Assembly (NCBI GenBank): GCA_012295275.1
Contig: CM022677.1
Span: forward strand, 10,354,001-10,418,000
DNA length: 64,000 bases
Direction: 5' to 3'
From: Chrysomallon squamiferum
Taxonomy: Eukaryota; Animalia; Mollusca
A program made the position numbers and the translations under genes. Each line of letters begins with the position of its first letter. Positions within the stretch are counted from its first letter, which is position 1. The notes beneath the pieces are model-generated. The model was not told the DNA's origin. It saw only the letters and a program-made list of their open reading frames with translations, and did no database searches. Below, one piece after another: positions 1 through 13,162 of the stretch.

Positions 1-216
1 AATTTATTTACACATAATGACTAGTTTTATAAACTGACTGTAACAATATAATAATAATAATATTATTATTATTAATATTATTCATATTTGTATGTTTAAA
101 AAACTTTTATCCATCACTATTTAAATAAAATATAGAAAAATAAAAGCTTTTCAAACATAGAAATAATAATAATAACTGGTGATGATGTATTGTTATTTTT
201 TGTTTTCTCTTTGTAG

Positions 217-3200
217 CATTATGCATTCATTTGCAATGACGTATACCGATGTGGAGACAGCGTTGACATCGTCATCTGGTGGACCAAAGACAGTGTTTAT
301 CGCATCTAACAATGTGTTAGAGACAGCGGGAACACACGCACTGCAGACTCTAAAATCTTACCCACACATAGTGCAGCAAGTATGTGACATCATCCTGTTG
401 TAAAAACAATAACTAAAGAAAAATCAAAAAAATAAATTTATGCTGTAAAACAACTCACTTGATGAATCTATAACAGAGTTAATATATTAATTTTAACTAT
501 TTTCATGATTGCCTTTTAAACCACTTTAGATAATTCAGAAAGAAAATTGGCCTGGTGATGATTCAGTTTAAATCACAGAATATTTCTTCACTTGTATCAC
601 AAAAAGGTCAAAAATACACTTTATCAGCTGGATTTACATACTAAATGTGCAGAATTTTATACAGAACAAAAACTTAATACTGAATCTTCCTATTAGATAC
701 TAAATGTGGTCAAAAGTTATTCTGTTTTTCTGATACCTATATTGGATCTGTTAATCATCATTTATGGACGGGTGATAAACTGAAGAAGATGTGTCAGAAT
801 GATTTGATAGAAGTGTAAGCATTAGTGGATGATATTAGTGATGGACAAGCAGAGGCACTAGCTCAGTCTACACTTTGCATGATTTTTTCATTTTATTTCT
901 TTTGTTTTATTTATTTGTTTATTTTATAACATATATTATAAAAATGTTTTTTTCTTCTTTTTTTATGAATAAACTAGGATTTGAAAGTCAATTTAAGATA
1001 AAAGCACTTTATATTTCACTCTGTGCAAGCTTGTAAAGGTTATGGCCATTGTTGGTACTCTTTATAGTGTTGCAACCATTTCATATATATATATATATCA
1101 TTACATAGAATAAAATTTAAGCTTAACTGATAATGTATTCTCCATTGTTGGTTACCACTTCTTCCCAACAGTTATAATTAAGTTTTCTTCTGTGTAATGA
1201 TTAAATTTAATTTAACTGCAATGAATTATTCCTCAACCCAGTATATATCAATAAGAATTGTTTATAATTGTTTATAGAGTACTATGTCTGATGTTGGTTA
1301 TTGCAGGCTTTGCGTGGGCAAATAGTGGAGGGTCTGTTCAGTTCTTCCTCCATCCAGAGACAGATGCAGGTGGAGACGATGGCCGGAAGAAACTTGTTAC
1401 TGTTCAAAGAACTGATAACTTACAAACCAAGTATGTACTGTTAAACTTGTTACTGTTCAAAGAACTGATAACTTACAAACCAAGTATGTACAGTTAAACT
1501 TGTTACTGTTCAAAGAACTGATAACTTACAAACCAAGTATGTTTTCTTTTTACAGTTAAACTTGTTACTGTTCAAAGAACTGTTCAAAACTGAACTGTTC
1601 AAAGAACTGATAACTTACAAACCAAGTATGTTCCAGTTAAACTTGTTACTGTTCAAAGAACTGATAACTTACAAACCATGTATGTTTTCTTTTTAATGTT
1701 TTTTAAAAATACTTTTCTCTTCTTTTATTTATTTATTTATTTATTTATTATTAATACTGGCCTTTCTGAATGTATAGCATAACCTCAATTGTGGAGTAAT
1801 GGTCACCTGATTAACATGTGACAGCTGTGCAAACTCACAAAGGTTTCTGTATAGTAAAAATGCCTTACATTAAAAAAGACCTCACTGACTATATCCTTAA
1901 ATGATGGTATTTAAAACGTATTAGATATTAAAACCCACATTTTGTTTTCTGCCACAACTGACTGTTCACACCAGTGAAATTCTTGTATGTTTTAAAACTG
2001 AATAAAGCAAAAGAAAGGTAACTGAAAGCTTAAGTGATTTATCAGGCATCAGCAATAACACAAATAGAATCAAAGAAACAGGAGATTTTTCAGTAAGTCA
2101 CACAACCAATATAGTATACAGTGTGCACAAAACACGATCAAATCTGCTTTTCACTAATGAAGTAGAAAAATCCCTTCTTTGCAAAACCAGCCACATGAGA
2201 GAGTCTGTACTGCCTACTGGAAGAACTCTGTGATGGGGAAGAAAGAATTATCTGTGTGCTGGTTAAGCAGCTTTGTCACAGATTTGCAATAATTCCTCAT
2301 GTCAGAAGTTCATTCTGAAATGCTGATGGAATAAGCATCACATGGTTCCAGGAAATTTCCAATATGCAGTATAATCATCATCCAATGATGACTTCTGCAG
2401 TTACTGCACAACACTCATTTCTGAAATGACAGTCAGGTTCACAGTATATTATTCTCAGAAGATTTGACTTCAAAAAATTGAATCTGAAGTTTACCTACTA
2501 TGTTACATACCGCAAAGTCATAGGCATGTTGTATTACCATTATCTGCTTGGAAAGATTTTAGTAATTAATATCACTATTGACAAAGTATAAATATACCTG
2601 CAGTAAACTCACGAGAGAATTATTGGCCCTAGTAACTCTTCTGCATACATTGAAATGATAACGTTTGCAAAATCCATAAAGATGTGTCAAAGGAATTTTG
2701 GTTTAGCCTTTGTTGAAGGATCACATATCTTATTCAGGTTATTATTACAATTAACTTATTTAATTCATATATCATTTCAAAAGCCAGTGGTTCATTCAAT
2801 CCAGCATGATTTATACGTTTGTGATTCTTTACATTTGGGAAAACATTTTCAGTTATCTTTTCAATGAACTTTTGTCCTTTTGCGTGAAACTTAGTAAGTC
2901 TTTATTTGTTGAATTTTGCAAGCATGACAAATAATCAGGTTTGATTTTCTAAACATGTAAATCTGTCAAATGCACAGTTATAATCAGTCCAGTCATTGTC
3001 TCTAAATAATGCAGTATAGCAAAACACTTGTTTATTTACCTTGTCCAACAGGTCCTGTATTTCTGGAAGTGAAATGTTTCAACAGTGAAGTGTGCATGAT
3101 TCATCAAATTTCCAGCAGTCCATCATATTTTCTTTTTCAGAACTTAGCAGGCTGTTCTTTAGGAAAATGGTGCAAATGTCACTGGGAGAAACATAATTTC

Positions 3201-5691
3201 ATCAGTTAGCTTCGCCTGCAGAACATCTGTGGTTTTATATCCACTGATCTGCACAATGCTTTACAAATAGTTTACAGGTTTCTTTGATGCCATGTTTAAT
3301 GTATTTACTTAACAATACTAAATGTTGACCAATAGATTGAGTGTCAGTACATTTGTAAAGTTCATTAATTATTCTTGGAATAAACAAGATAAAAAAAAAA
3401 TTGTTCAGGAATGAAATGGTAGCCAGCCACTCTATTCACCTATCCTGATCTATCACTGATACTGAGATAGAAAACACAAAATTGTAAAAAAGACCAACAG
3501 ATGACAAAGAATGAGAATTGCTAAACATCACTTGAACACTTACATTAGTATCTAAAGTTTAAAAGCAGTGATTTCCATTATCTTTCATCGGTACTGGCTA
3601 CACATAACACATGTCCAAATGGCTGTTTATGAAGTCTGAGGTTTGTTCTTGTAGGTGTGTATGCCACTACATGGTACAAGCAAACTGGAATATTACTTTC
3701 TAAAGGAATGCAAAACCAAAATTATTATTAAATTTTAGCTGGAATTGTTGCCAACCAAGAAAGGACTTCAACATTCTGGTGGAGAACCAGTGATAGCCAT
3801 ACAAAAGTTATCTGAGGAGTTCTCTGCCAGAGGATTCTTGGTCTGTCTCTGTCTCTCTGTCTTTCTCTCTGCCAGTTTGTCTGTCTGTCTGTCTTCTGCA
3901 TGATCAACAAATGTGACAAATCTGATTATGTTTTTTTAAATCATTTCATTAACACAACTGTTTATCTTCGACCAGCGATTGGCGTGATGGGGAGTCGTGT
4001 GAAGGCTCATGTCACTGTTCAGGATATCTGGTGCTCCAACGGAATTCTTCACATCGTTGACGACATGCTGCATGTGCCCATCAGAAGTATCATGGAAGAA
4101 CTAGGCCGAAGACATACTCTGAGGTACTTTCTCATTATTAACATTATTATTACTACTACAACTACAACTACAGCTACTACAACTACTACTACTGCTGCTC
4201 CTACAACTTGTACAACTACTACAACTACTGCTACAACTTCTGCAGCTACTATTATAACTACTACTTCTACTACTACAACTACTATTACTACAACTACTTC
4301 AGCTACTACTACTACTACTACTACAACTACTTAACTACTACTACTACTACTACTACAACTACTACAACTACTGCCACAACTAATACAGCTACTATTATAA
4401 CTACTACTTCTACTACTACAACTACTACAACTACTTCTACTACTACTACTACTATTACTACAACTACTTCACTACTACTACTACTACAACTACTTAACTA
4501 CTACTACTACTACTACTACAACTACTACAACTATTGCCACAACTAATACAGCTACTATTATAACTACTACTTCTACTACTACAACTACTACTACTACTAC
4601 TACTACTACTACAACTACTCCTACTACAGCTACCTCAACTACTATTACTAACTGTTACTACAACTACTACAACTACTACTACAACTCTACTACAACTACT
4701 TCAACTACTACTACTCACTGTTACTACAACTAGTACAACTACAATTACATCATCTACAACCACTGCTACTACTACTACTACTACAACTACTACTACTACT
4801 GTTATTATTATTATACACTGTATTTGTTTTCTGTGCTGCAGTGTCACTAATGTGATGTTTAAAGCAAGAACGACTATATCTAATGAACTGTCAGACACAA
4901 CTCAGCGCTTCACTGTGTTCATACCAAACAATGAAGCGTACGCCAAGCTGCCCTGGAACACTGTGGACAAAATGCTGGGAGAGCCGCTGTGGTTAGAGAA
5001 GGTAAAGTAAAATCCTGTCTCCTCTTAGATCTGTCTATTATCATACATAAAGTTGTACACTATCTCTCTGTCTTTCTCTTTTTCTCAGTGTGTTTTATCT
5101 CAGTCTTTCTGTCCTTATGTCTATCTGTCAGTGTGTCTGCCTGTTTATCTATGTATGTATGAGAAATTGTCTTATTAAAATAGTAATTAAATGTAAAAAA
5201 AAATAATTTGCGTGAACAGGACACAATGCAAAGAAAATATATTTTTTCATTTGTAAAAGTTTTACACGTTACAATACTATCCATTAGTCCTTCAGCTTGG
5301 GAGAGAGAAGTATGTTGAGTTAGAATATACAAATATAATGTTAACTTTTTTAAACTGTTGTCTAATGTGTAACTGGCCACTTATCAGGAACACACTGGGC
5401 AAGCTGACATCCCAGGCACTCCACTTAAACAGTGTCAGTTCAAAAGAACTTACATTTGTTATTATCAAGAGAAAGAGATAACTTAATAACTGGTCAAATA
5501 ACTATTATATACATGCTATAAATGAAAAAAATACAAATAAAACCCCACATGTACATATTTAAAAAGATCGAAGTTCAGAGTTTGGAGGTGGGTGAGATGT
5601 AGAAGAAAACTACAGTGTTAAACCATAGCAATAAAAATGTCCATTTACCAAGGTGGTCAAGTTACAAAGGTGTTGGAGTTTTGACAGTATA

Positions 5692-5722
<31 letters not shown>

Positions 5723-7085
5723 TTCCATCCATCCATCTCCATATCTACACATTATTTAACATTAATAATTATTATTAGTTTCTATACTTACCACCTACTA
5801 CATCATCTATCTTTCTATCTCCTAATTATTTAACATTAATAATTATTATTATTACCTATTCTTATCACCTACTACATTATCTATCTTTCTATCTCCTAAT
5901 CATTTAACATTAATAATTATTATTATTACTTATACTTACCACCTACTACATCATCTATCTTTCTATCTCCTAATCATTTAACATTAATAATTATTATTAT
6001 TACCTATTCTTACCTATTCTTACCACCTACTACATTATCTATCTTTCTATCTCCTAATCATTTAACATTAATAATTATTATTATTACTTATACTTACCAC
6101 CTACTACATCATCTATCTTTCTGTCTCATATTATTTAACATTAATAATTATTACTATTACTTATACTTACCACCTACTACATCATCTATCTTTCTCATTT
6201 TATTTAACATTAATAATTATTACTATTACTTATACTTACCACCTACTACATCATCTATCTTTCTATCTCATATTATTTAACATTAATAATTATTACTATT
6301 ACCTATACTTACCACCTACTACATCATCTATCTTTCTATCTCATATTATTTAATAATTATTATTATTACCTATACTACTACATCATCTATCGTTCTATCT
6401 CCTGATTATTTAACATTAATAATTATTACTACTGCAGCTGTTGAATACTCACATAGTGAAGGGAGAAGCGAAGTACATAGAAGACTTGGCAGACAGACAG
6501 ATGCTGATAGCTAAAGAAAACACAATTCACATAATAAAGAGAAATGGTGAAGGTATGTTACATATATGTATTTATATGTATTTTTTTAATAATAATAGAT
6601 TCTTGCCTCCTTAATTATAACATATTTGAAACATCTACAGTGATATGATCAATTATTTGTTATTAAAAAGAAAGAAAAAAGTAGTGTGTATTTACAAGTA
6701 ATGTTATTCTAATGTTATTCAGAGATGAAGTTAAGAATGAATATATTTTATATCTTATCCATGTAGAACTATAATAATGTGTATATGTAATTATGCTAAC
6801 TTTCTGTATATATTATTTATTCCACATGTTAAGTGTTTATTTTTCTTGTTTTCTCAATGAATCAATGTTTGAGAGGATTTTCACAATCTTTGTTACAATT
6901 ACTGTTATAGACATCTTTAAACATATAAACCACTAAAATGTTCACCTGCTTTTAGTTAGCAGATGTATTTTAGTATTAATTATTCTACTACCACTACTAC
7001 TGCTATTACTACAACTATACATAAATAGATAGATAGATAGATGTCTTTGTGTTTAATTTTAGGTAATTAGACAGGTGTTCATGTT

Positions 7086-7116
<31 letters not shown>

Positions 7117-10100
7117 GCGTGTGAGTGTGTGTGTGTTTTGTAAAACATTATGTAATACTTGGGTTGATGATAATCTTAGAAAGGCCATGTCTATTTAATG
7201 AAAAATGCCAAACCAACATAAACAATGCTGTAATCATGTCAACAGAATAAATCAACATCACAGAAAAACATGTCACACATTTGACTAAGACTGGCACTGA
7301 CTAATTCTGTAGGGAGACAGTGTAGAATCCAGAGAGAGAGAGCATGCAGAGGAGAAGGAGTCATGAGACTGAAGTTTGGAGGGTGGGACAGTGGACATGC
7401 TGCTAGGGTTATTTTGTGAGACAGAAACTAAACTGTCAGAAACATTAACATTTTTCTCTTTTAGTGTGTGTGTGTGTGTGTGTGTGTGTTTGTGTGGGTG
7501 GGTGTGTGTGTGTTTGTTTGTACATAAATTAATAATTTAAAAACTTTGATGTTTGTAGTGTACGTCATTAACAACAACATCTGGGCGAGAGTTATCACAC
7601 CTGACATTCCCACTGCTAATGGAAACATTCACATCATTGACAGATTGCTGTACGTTCCACAAGCAACCATTGAGGAAACACTACAAAGCATGGGAGAACT
7701 GAGGTAAACCACCAATAACATATAAACATGACCAAACTGAATTCTTTTAGTGTCCTTTTATTTTATTTTGTTAGGAGGAGGTATGTTTTTTGTAGTTAAA
7801 TGTTTTATATTATCCCTGTTTCACTAAAATTGGTTTACCATTACAAACAGTATAATAAAATGAATATACAGATGAAAATAATCATGCACATATTTAAAAC
7901 TAAGCATATGGTACATGCACACACATGTACAAAACAAAAACGTACACAATTATTATTCCCAAATGCAAACAATGATCTAATTAACAAATATGAACTGTTT
8001 TGTTTTCTTAGGAAAGAGAAATTAAGTCTGTAATTATTTATATTTTTAACACTATTTTTGTTGTTTTATGTTTATATTTATTTCAGTGTTTTCATGAACA
8101 TGATGTCTCTTGTTCCTGAATTTTTGAATACAATTCACAGAACAGGAAGAAATTTGACAATATTTGCTCCATCAACAGCTTACTTCAAGTCTGTGTCAAA
8201 AACTCGAATAAACAAAATGATGAAGGACCAGCACACTTTGAAAAAGGTCAGTAACACTTGACAAGTTTTAACCTTACTTTTCTTTTTTTATTTATTAATT
8301 TTGAAAGAAATTAAACAATTTTGTGCCACCTCTCCAAAACATACAAAAAATTATTTGTATTATACATTTTTAATATACCTATTATACATAACTGACTATT
8401 TGCTTAATTGATGTAAACAAATATCACTTTTAAAATAATGTTTATGTATTTTTATAATGATTTGAAAGAATAAATTAATAAAACCAAATAAGGATGATAC
8501 AAAACACAAATTTATTTCAATTGTTCCTAAAAAATAGGAGGGTTTAGTTTTAAACTTTTCCAGAAATAAAGTTTAAAGTTACACAAAATGTTTTATTTTT
8601 CATTCAAAAACTTATCCCAAAAAATATGATTTAAAATTTTTCATTCAAAATTACATATTTCTCAAGTAACATTTGTTATTTTATTAACACATTTTGTGGT
8701 GGGAAGTAATATTTTTTACAAAAAAGGTGATTGAAATATATTTTCAACCTGGTCTCATCCTTGATGTTGAAAATGATTGATCCTGTAACTGTTAAGAAAT
8801 TCTTTACAACTTTGACACTCACAGAAAATGGTGTGGTAGATAAAATAACAACTCAAAGTTCAAATCTCAAAATGAAATAAAATAATAAAATCTTATTTAT
8901 TTTGGTAGTTTTTTTATTATTATTATTATTTATTTATTTACTGAGTTTGTTTGGTTATTTTGGGAGGGTTTTAAATTATTTTTTATTTTATTTTATTTTA
9001 TTTTGCTGTTTTTTTCAGTGTTTGTTGATGTTTTCCTCATCATTTAACTAAATAATAAAATAATTTTATATCAAATGTTTCCAATATCCATGATTTTTCC
9101 TGTCCACCATCGAACATATTTAAATACATTAGTGCATATCTAGCTTCTACAATCTTTACCCATGAAACTTTCACATAGTTTTATATCAGTCTAACTGAAA
9201 CCCACCAAAATAAATATGCCTGAAGTAAAAATATATTGATCATCAATATGAACAAAATATAACTAAGAATGACAACCATCAACATCTGTCAAATTATGTC
9301 AAATATTCAGCTTTATGAACAACATGTACAGACTCGCTCAAGTTCAGTAAGAAGTTAGGTTAATAGTATTTGTAAGCACATGTTACATCTCTACACACAG
9401 CCTGTCCAGTGACTAGAATATGTCAACTGTCTGTTGAGATCAGATACACAACCCTTCTCTTTAGTGGGCTGGTGTCAGTGGCCACTGGTTGGCAGAGGGT
9501 GATGTCCCAGTGTGTTGTGTCAGAACTTGTCTGGTCAACCTTACAGCAACATGTGATGGATCTAAGAAGGTTTTGTACAATTCTGTCTGTACTGGAAGAA
9601 ATGGAAGAAAAGTGAGGTGTTGAATATTAACAGTGTAAAGTTAACTATGACCACTGGTATTCTCTTTCCCCAGAACCAGCCTCACACCTCATCACACCTT
9701 CCATCATAGGTACACAACAAGCTGCCTTTATTCTCCTCTCTCGTATCAACATCTTGTCATCTGAAGTAACAGAACCACTGTACAGTAAGGTCCATAACAG
9801 TTGTTCGATATACTGTCTTCATGTGGTCTGTAAACAGTTCTGTGAGATCTGTGTAGTCCACTAACACTGTATGTCCATTAACTCTGTATGTCCTATGGTT
9901 GCAGATGTTCATATTAAAGAAAAAGAAAGAAAAAACCCTGTGCTGTGACAGGTATAGTTTGCAAAGACTAGTGTTGTGTTTGATCTGTGTTTTTTTACAC
10001 TAATTAGGTTTCAACTTGATTTTCTGTTCATGAAATTTCAGTTTTTCAGGATACTGTTTTTTTGGCCATGGATATATATATATTGTTTGAGCATATTAAG

Positions 10101-11537
10101 ATACCAATTATGTCTCACTTCTCATTTGTTGACATTGATTGACATGTTTATAGACAAGGTTTGTTTGTTTTTGTTTCAGTTATTTGCAGGCCATGTCCTT
10201 CCATCAGTTCGTCTGGATGACGTGTTTTTCAGAACATACGAAGAAGAAGATTATGTTTCTCTGAGTCAGATGAACACAACATTCACATTAAAACGAGAAC
10301 ACAATGGTAGGAAAAAATATTTTGTTGTCAGAGAATTTTAATAATTTAAAAATTCATCTGCATTTTAACACTGAAACTCATTTTCTATTCACTATCATTA
10401 AAATGGCAAACTATAAACAAATGTCAAATGAAAAAAAACACATTAATAATTGTAATGAGTAAATACTGCCTTTAACTGCCAGTGAATAATTGGAGTTCTG
10501 TTTAACCATCTGCATTACACTTCTTCTGAAAAATATGCGATGAAAAGCTCATAAAGATGGTTTATAAATTTTTGAGTTCCATTAACTAGGAGCCAAGTGA
10601 TTTAGAAAGAAAACACCAGTTTGAAACTTGTCAAGCTGAGCTTGCTAGCTTCACTTTCATTCCGTGCTTTTCTCTCACATCTGTAACATGTACTGACCAC
10701 AAGGAAACTGAGCAGTTCAAGAGAAATAAGCAACAAGATAAGTGGGCACTTGTAGAAGCAACAGTTCCCTTCCTTGTACACACAGCTCATGGGAGAGCAT
10801 CTTGAGACTTGGTCTTATGTGATATGAGTCTGGTGGTGGGGCATATGAAATATAACTTAAAACTTTTATTAATTTAGTTGGTTTTATTTATTTATTTACT
10901 TATGTTTGTGTGAGGGACTGAACTGAAAGCACAATTTAAAGATACATAAACACCGTTAATGTGTCTGAGGTTTATTTCTTCTTGTTTAAACGTAAAGTAC
11001 TTGGGAAATTATTCCAAAACATGTGGGACATTAATATATGGTAAACACTGTCACTGGTGTTTTATTAACGAACTCAGGACAGTAATGGTCTGCCAGTATT
11101 GGTCAGGGTGTGAAATGTTATCTGTGTGTCTGTGGTGAAAGAGAGTTCCAGAGAGTAGAGAGAATATTAGGCAAGGGACAAAGATGTTCGAGACAATTCT
11201 CTGCATTATGATTACTATACTTTTATAAGATTATATTGTTACTGAATGTCATGAAGTATAAATAGGCAGAGAAAATAAAGATGTAATTGAAACGGAACTT
11301 GTGTAGTTCTTTGTGTGAGAGTGCTGTAAGCCCCAGCCACATTTGTATTATTACAATATAACTCAAGTTGTACTTGGGTTGATATGTTTTTACTATAAAG
11401 TAGTGCCTCAGTTTGATTTTACTAATTGTTGTCATGGTAACTCTGCCTGTCTGCTTCCCCTAGACAGGCTTAACGAGCATCTGAGGTATTGACACTATGA
11501 CAATTTAAAATAAATAACAACAACAACAACAACAACG

Positions 11538-11570
<33 letters not shown>

Positions 11571-13162
11571 GTAAAGATTCTCTGTTTTATAAAAAGCATT
11601 TATTTCAATAAATTACTTTTATGATATGTGGAATATTGTTAGTTATAACACAGATAAGGAACTTGAAATGTTTTTCAGTAGATCAATGTCCTAACATATA
11701 ATATAAACACACAAAAAACAAAAAAATAAGAAATAAAAAACGTACACACATTATAGTTATTTATCTGAAATCTAAAACACAATGCAGTTACTCTTTTTTT
11801 TTTTTTGTAGGTGCATTCATAGACGTTGGATTTGAATTTCAGGAAGTAGATTTGATTGGTCAAGGTTATGGCTGCACTAACGGAATAATTTACATAATAG
11901 ATGGATTATTAAACTATTCACCATACAACATCAAAGAAAGACTTAGTAACTATTCCAGTGTCCAGTAAGTGTATCAGTTTACTTATTGTTTTGGATATAT
12001 AAATGAATGAAATCTTATCCTTTTTTTGACAAAACAAATGCTTAGATCAGTCATGTTTTTTCCTCATATGTTTTATTCTACTCATTAAGCTTGTTTTAAG
12101 ATAAACTAAAGGTGTTTCTCTTTTCTTCTTTTTAAAACTGATTGTATTGTGATCTGTTTACAGGAAATCGTTTGGTCAGTTGGAGTTGCTAGGGCAACAG
12201 CATGCCACTGACATGTTAACAGACAACCAAAGAAATTTCACTTTCTTTGCACCCACCAACATGGCTCTTCAGGAACTCACCTTCACCGACTTCGCCTCTC
12301 TCAACAACTTCCCCTATCATGAAAAACTTAAAGTAAACAAACTTTATTACATAATATGGCTCTCTCTCTCTCATTCACTCTTTCTTTTTCTGTTACTTTC
12401 TGTATTACTCTACATAATAATGACAAAAGATGTTTTTAGTTGGGATTTCAAGACATGCTATCAATGAAAGTGTTTTAGAATAATTGCTGTTATTTATTTT
12501 CTCTCTGACTAAACCATTCTGCAAATTAATATTAATAATAAAAAAAGTATGTTTAATGTAGGTGTTTTGGAGATATGCTATCAAAGAAAGTGTTTTAGAA
12601 TAATTGCTGTTATTTATTTTCTCTCTATCTAAACTATTCTACAAAAAAATATTAATAATAAAAAAATGTATGTTAATGTAGGTGTTTTGGAGACATGCTA
12701 TCAATGGAAGTGTTTTAGAATTCAGAGATCTCAGACATGGTCAAATAAAAACAGCTGATCTTCCCCATGAAGTCACTCTTGAAACAAGTATTGAAGGTAC
12801 GTTTTACTAATTCACTCTCAGTAATAACAGCTACAACAACATCAGTAACAACAACAAAAGATAATAATGTGTTAATAATGTGTTGTGTTTTGTTCCTAGG
12901 TGTGTTCTTGAGGTGGAAACATGTGAAGTCTCGAATAATTCACTGGAACATCTGTGCCTCCAATGGCATCATTCACATCATAGACAAATTTTTGTTCACT
13001 ACATCAGATCCAGTGACTTCTACTTCAACATCAGCAATGCCAACATCAAGAAACATCCATTTTTCAGACGTGTCTTTCCAGGGTGTTTCAGGAGGAACGA
13101 GTGTTTCAGCCGAGATTGTTTTCATTCTTCTTTTTACAATTTTCACTTTCTGTGGGTTGTAG
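217..13162 (+). CDS. Multi-FAS1 (fasciclin) domain cell-adhesion/ECM protein, 5'-truncated by the window. Exons 217-379, 1307-1430, 3976-4123, 4842-5001, 6438-6552, 7559-7703, 8087-8246, 10180-10306, 11811-11964, 12164-12332, 12682-12796, 12900-13162
   Basis: All introns are GT-AG and the exon phases join into one open frame. There are four FAS1 H1 motifs (KTVFIASNN, FTVFIPNNEAY, LTIFAPST, FTFFAPTNMA) and four H2 motifs (DIWCSNGILHIVDDML, DIPTANGNIHIIDRLL, GCTNGIIYIIDGLL, NICASNGIIHIIDKFL). An S/T-rich linker and a terminal hydrophobic tail (IVFILLFTIFTFCGL*) suggest a GPI anchor. Confidence 0.93.
1390..1695 (+). repeat. ~54-60 bp tandem repeat (about 5-6 copies) of the 3' end of FAS1 exon 1307-1430 plus its splice donor
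   Basis: The unit AAACTTGTTACTGTTCAAAGAACTGATAACTTACAAACCAA|GTATGT recurs. The first copy is the exon end itself. Confidence 0.9.
4140..4810. repeat. Compound (ACT/ACA/ATT)n trinucleotide microsatellite filling an intron
   Basis: Directly visible. It produces spurious poly-T/Y/V ORFs. Confidence 0.95.
5735..6432. repeat. ~60-70 bp minisatellite (about 10 copies) ending at the acceptor of exon 6438
   Basis: Unit approximately TTATACTTACCACCTACTACATCATCTATCTTTCTATCTCCTAATCATTTAACATTAATAATTATTATTATTAC. Confidence 0.92.
9660..9850 (-). mobile_element. Possible decayed RTE-type LINE fragment (RT C-terminal region)
   Basis: The minus-strand translation contains KTVYRTTV and MEGVMR, which resemble RTE LINE ORF ends. 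It is highly degenerate. Confidence 0.3.
12428..12721 (+). repeat. ~120 bp triplication of intron end, acceptor and first ~39 nt of FAS1 exon 12682-12796
   Basis: AATGTAG|GTGTTTTGGAGA(C/T)ATGCTATCAA...GTGTTTTAGAAT occurs at ~12555-12601 and 12675-12721, with a more diverged copy at ~12430-12481. Confidence 0.88.

Noticed and set aside
1390-1695. CRISPR-like array (also considered for 5735-6432 and 27370-27705)
   Set aside because: The context is eukaryotic, there are no unique spacers or cas genes, and these are simple tandem repeats.
4124-4898. Mucin-like poly-Thr, poly-Tyr and poly-Val ORFs
   Set aside because: They are intronic trinucleotide microsatellite. Exons 3976-4123 and 4842-5001 splice in frame without them.
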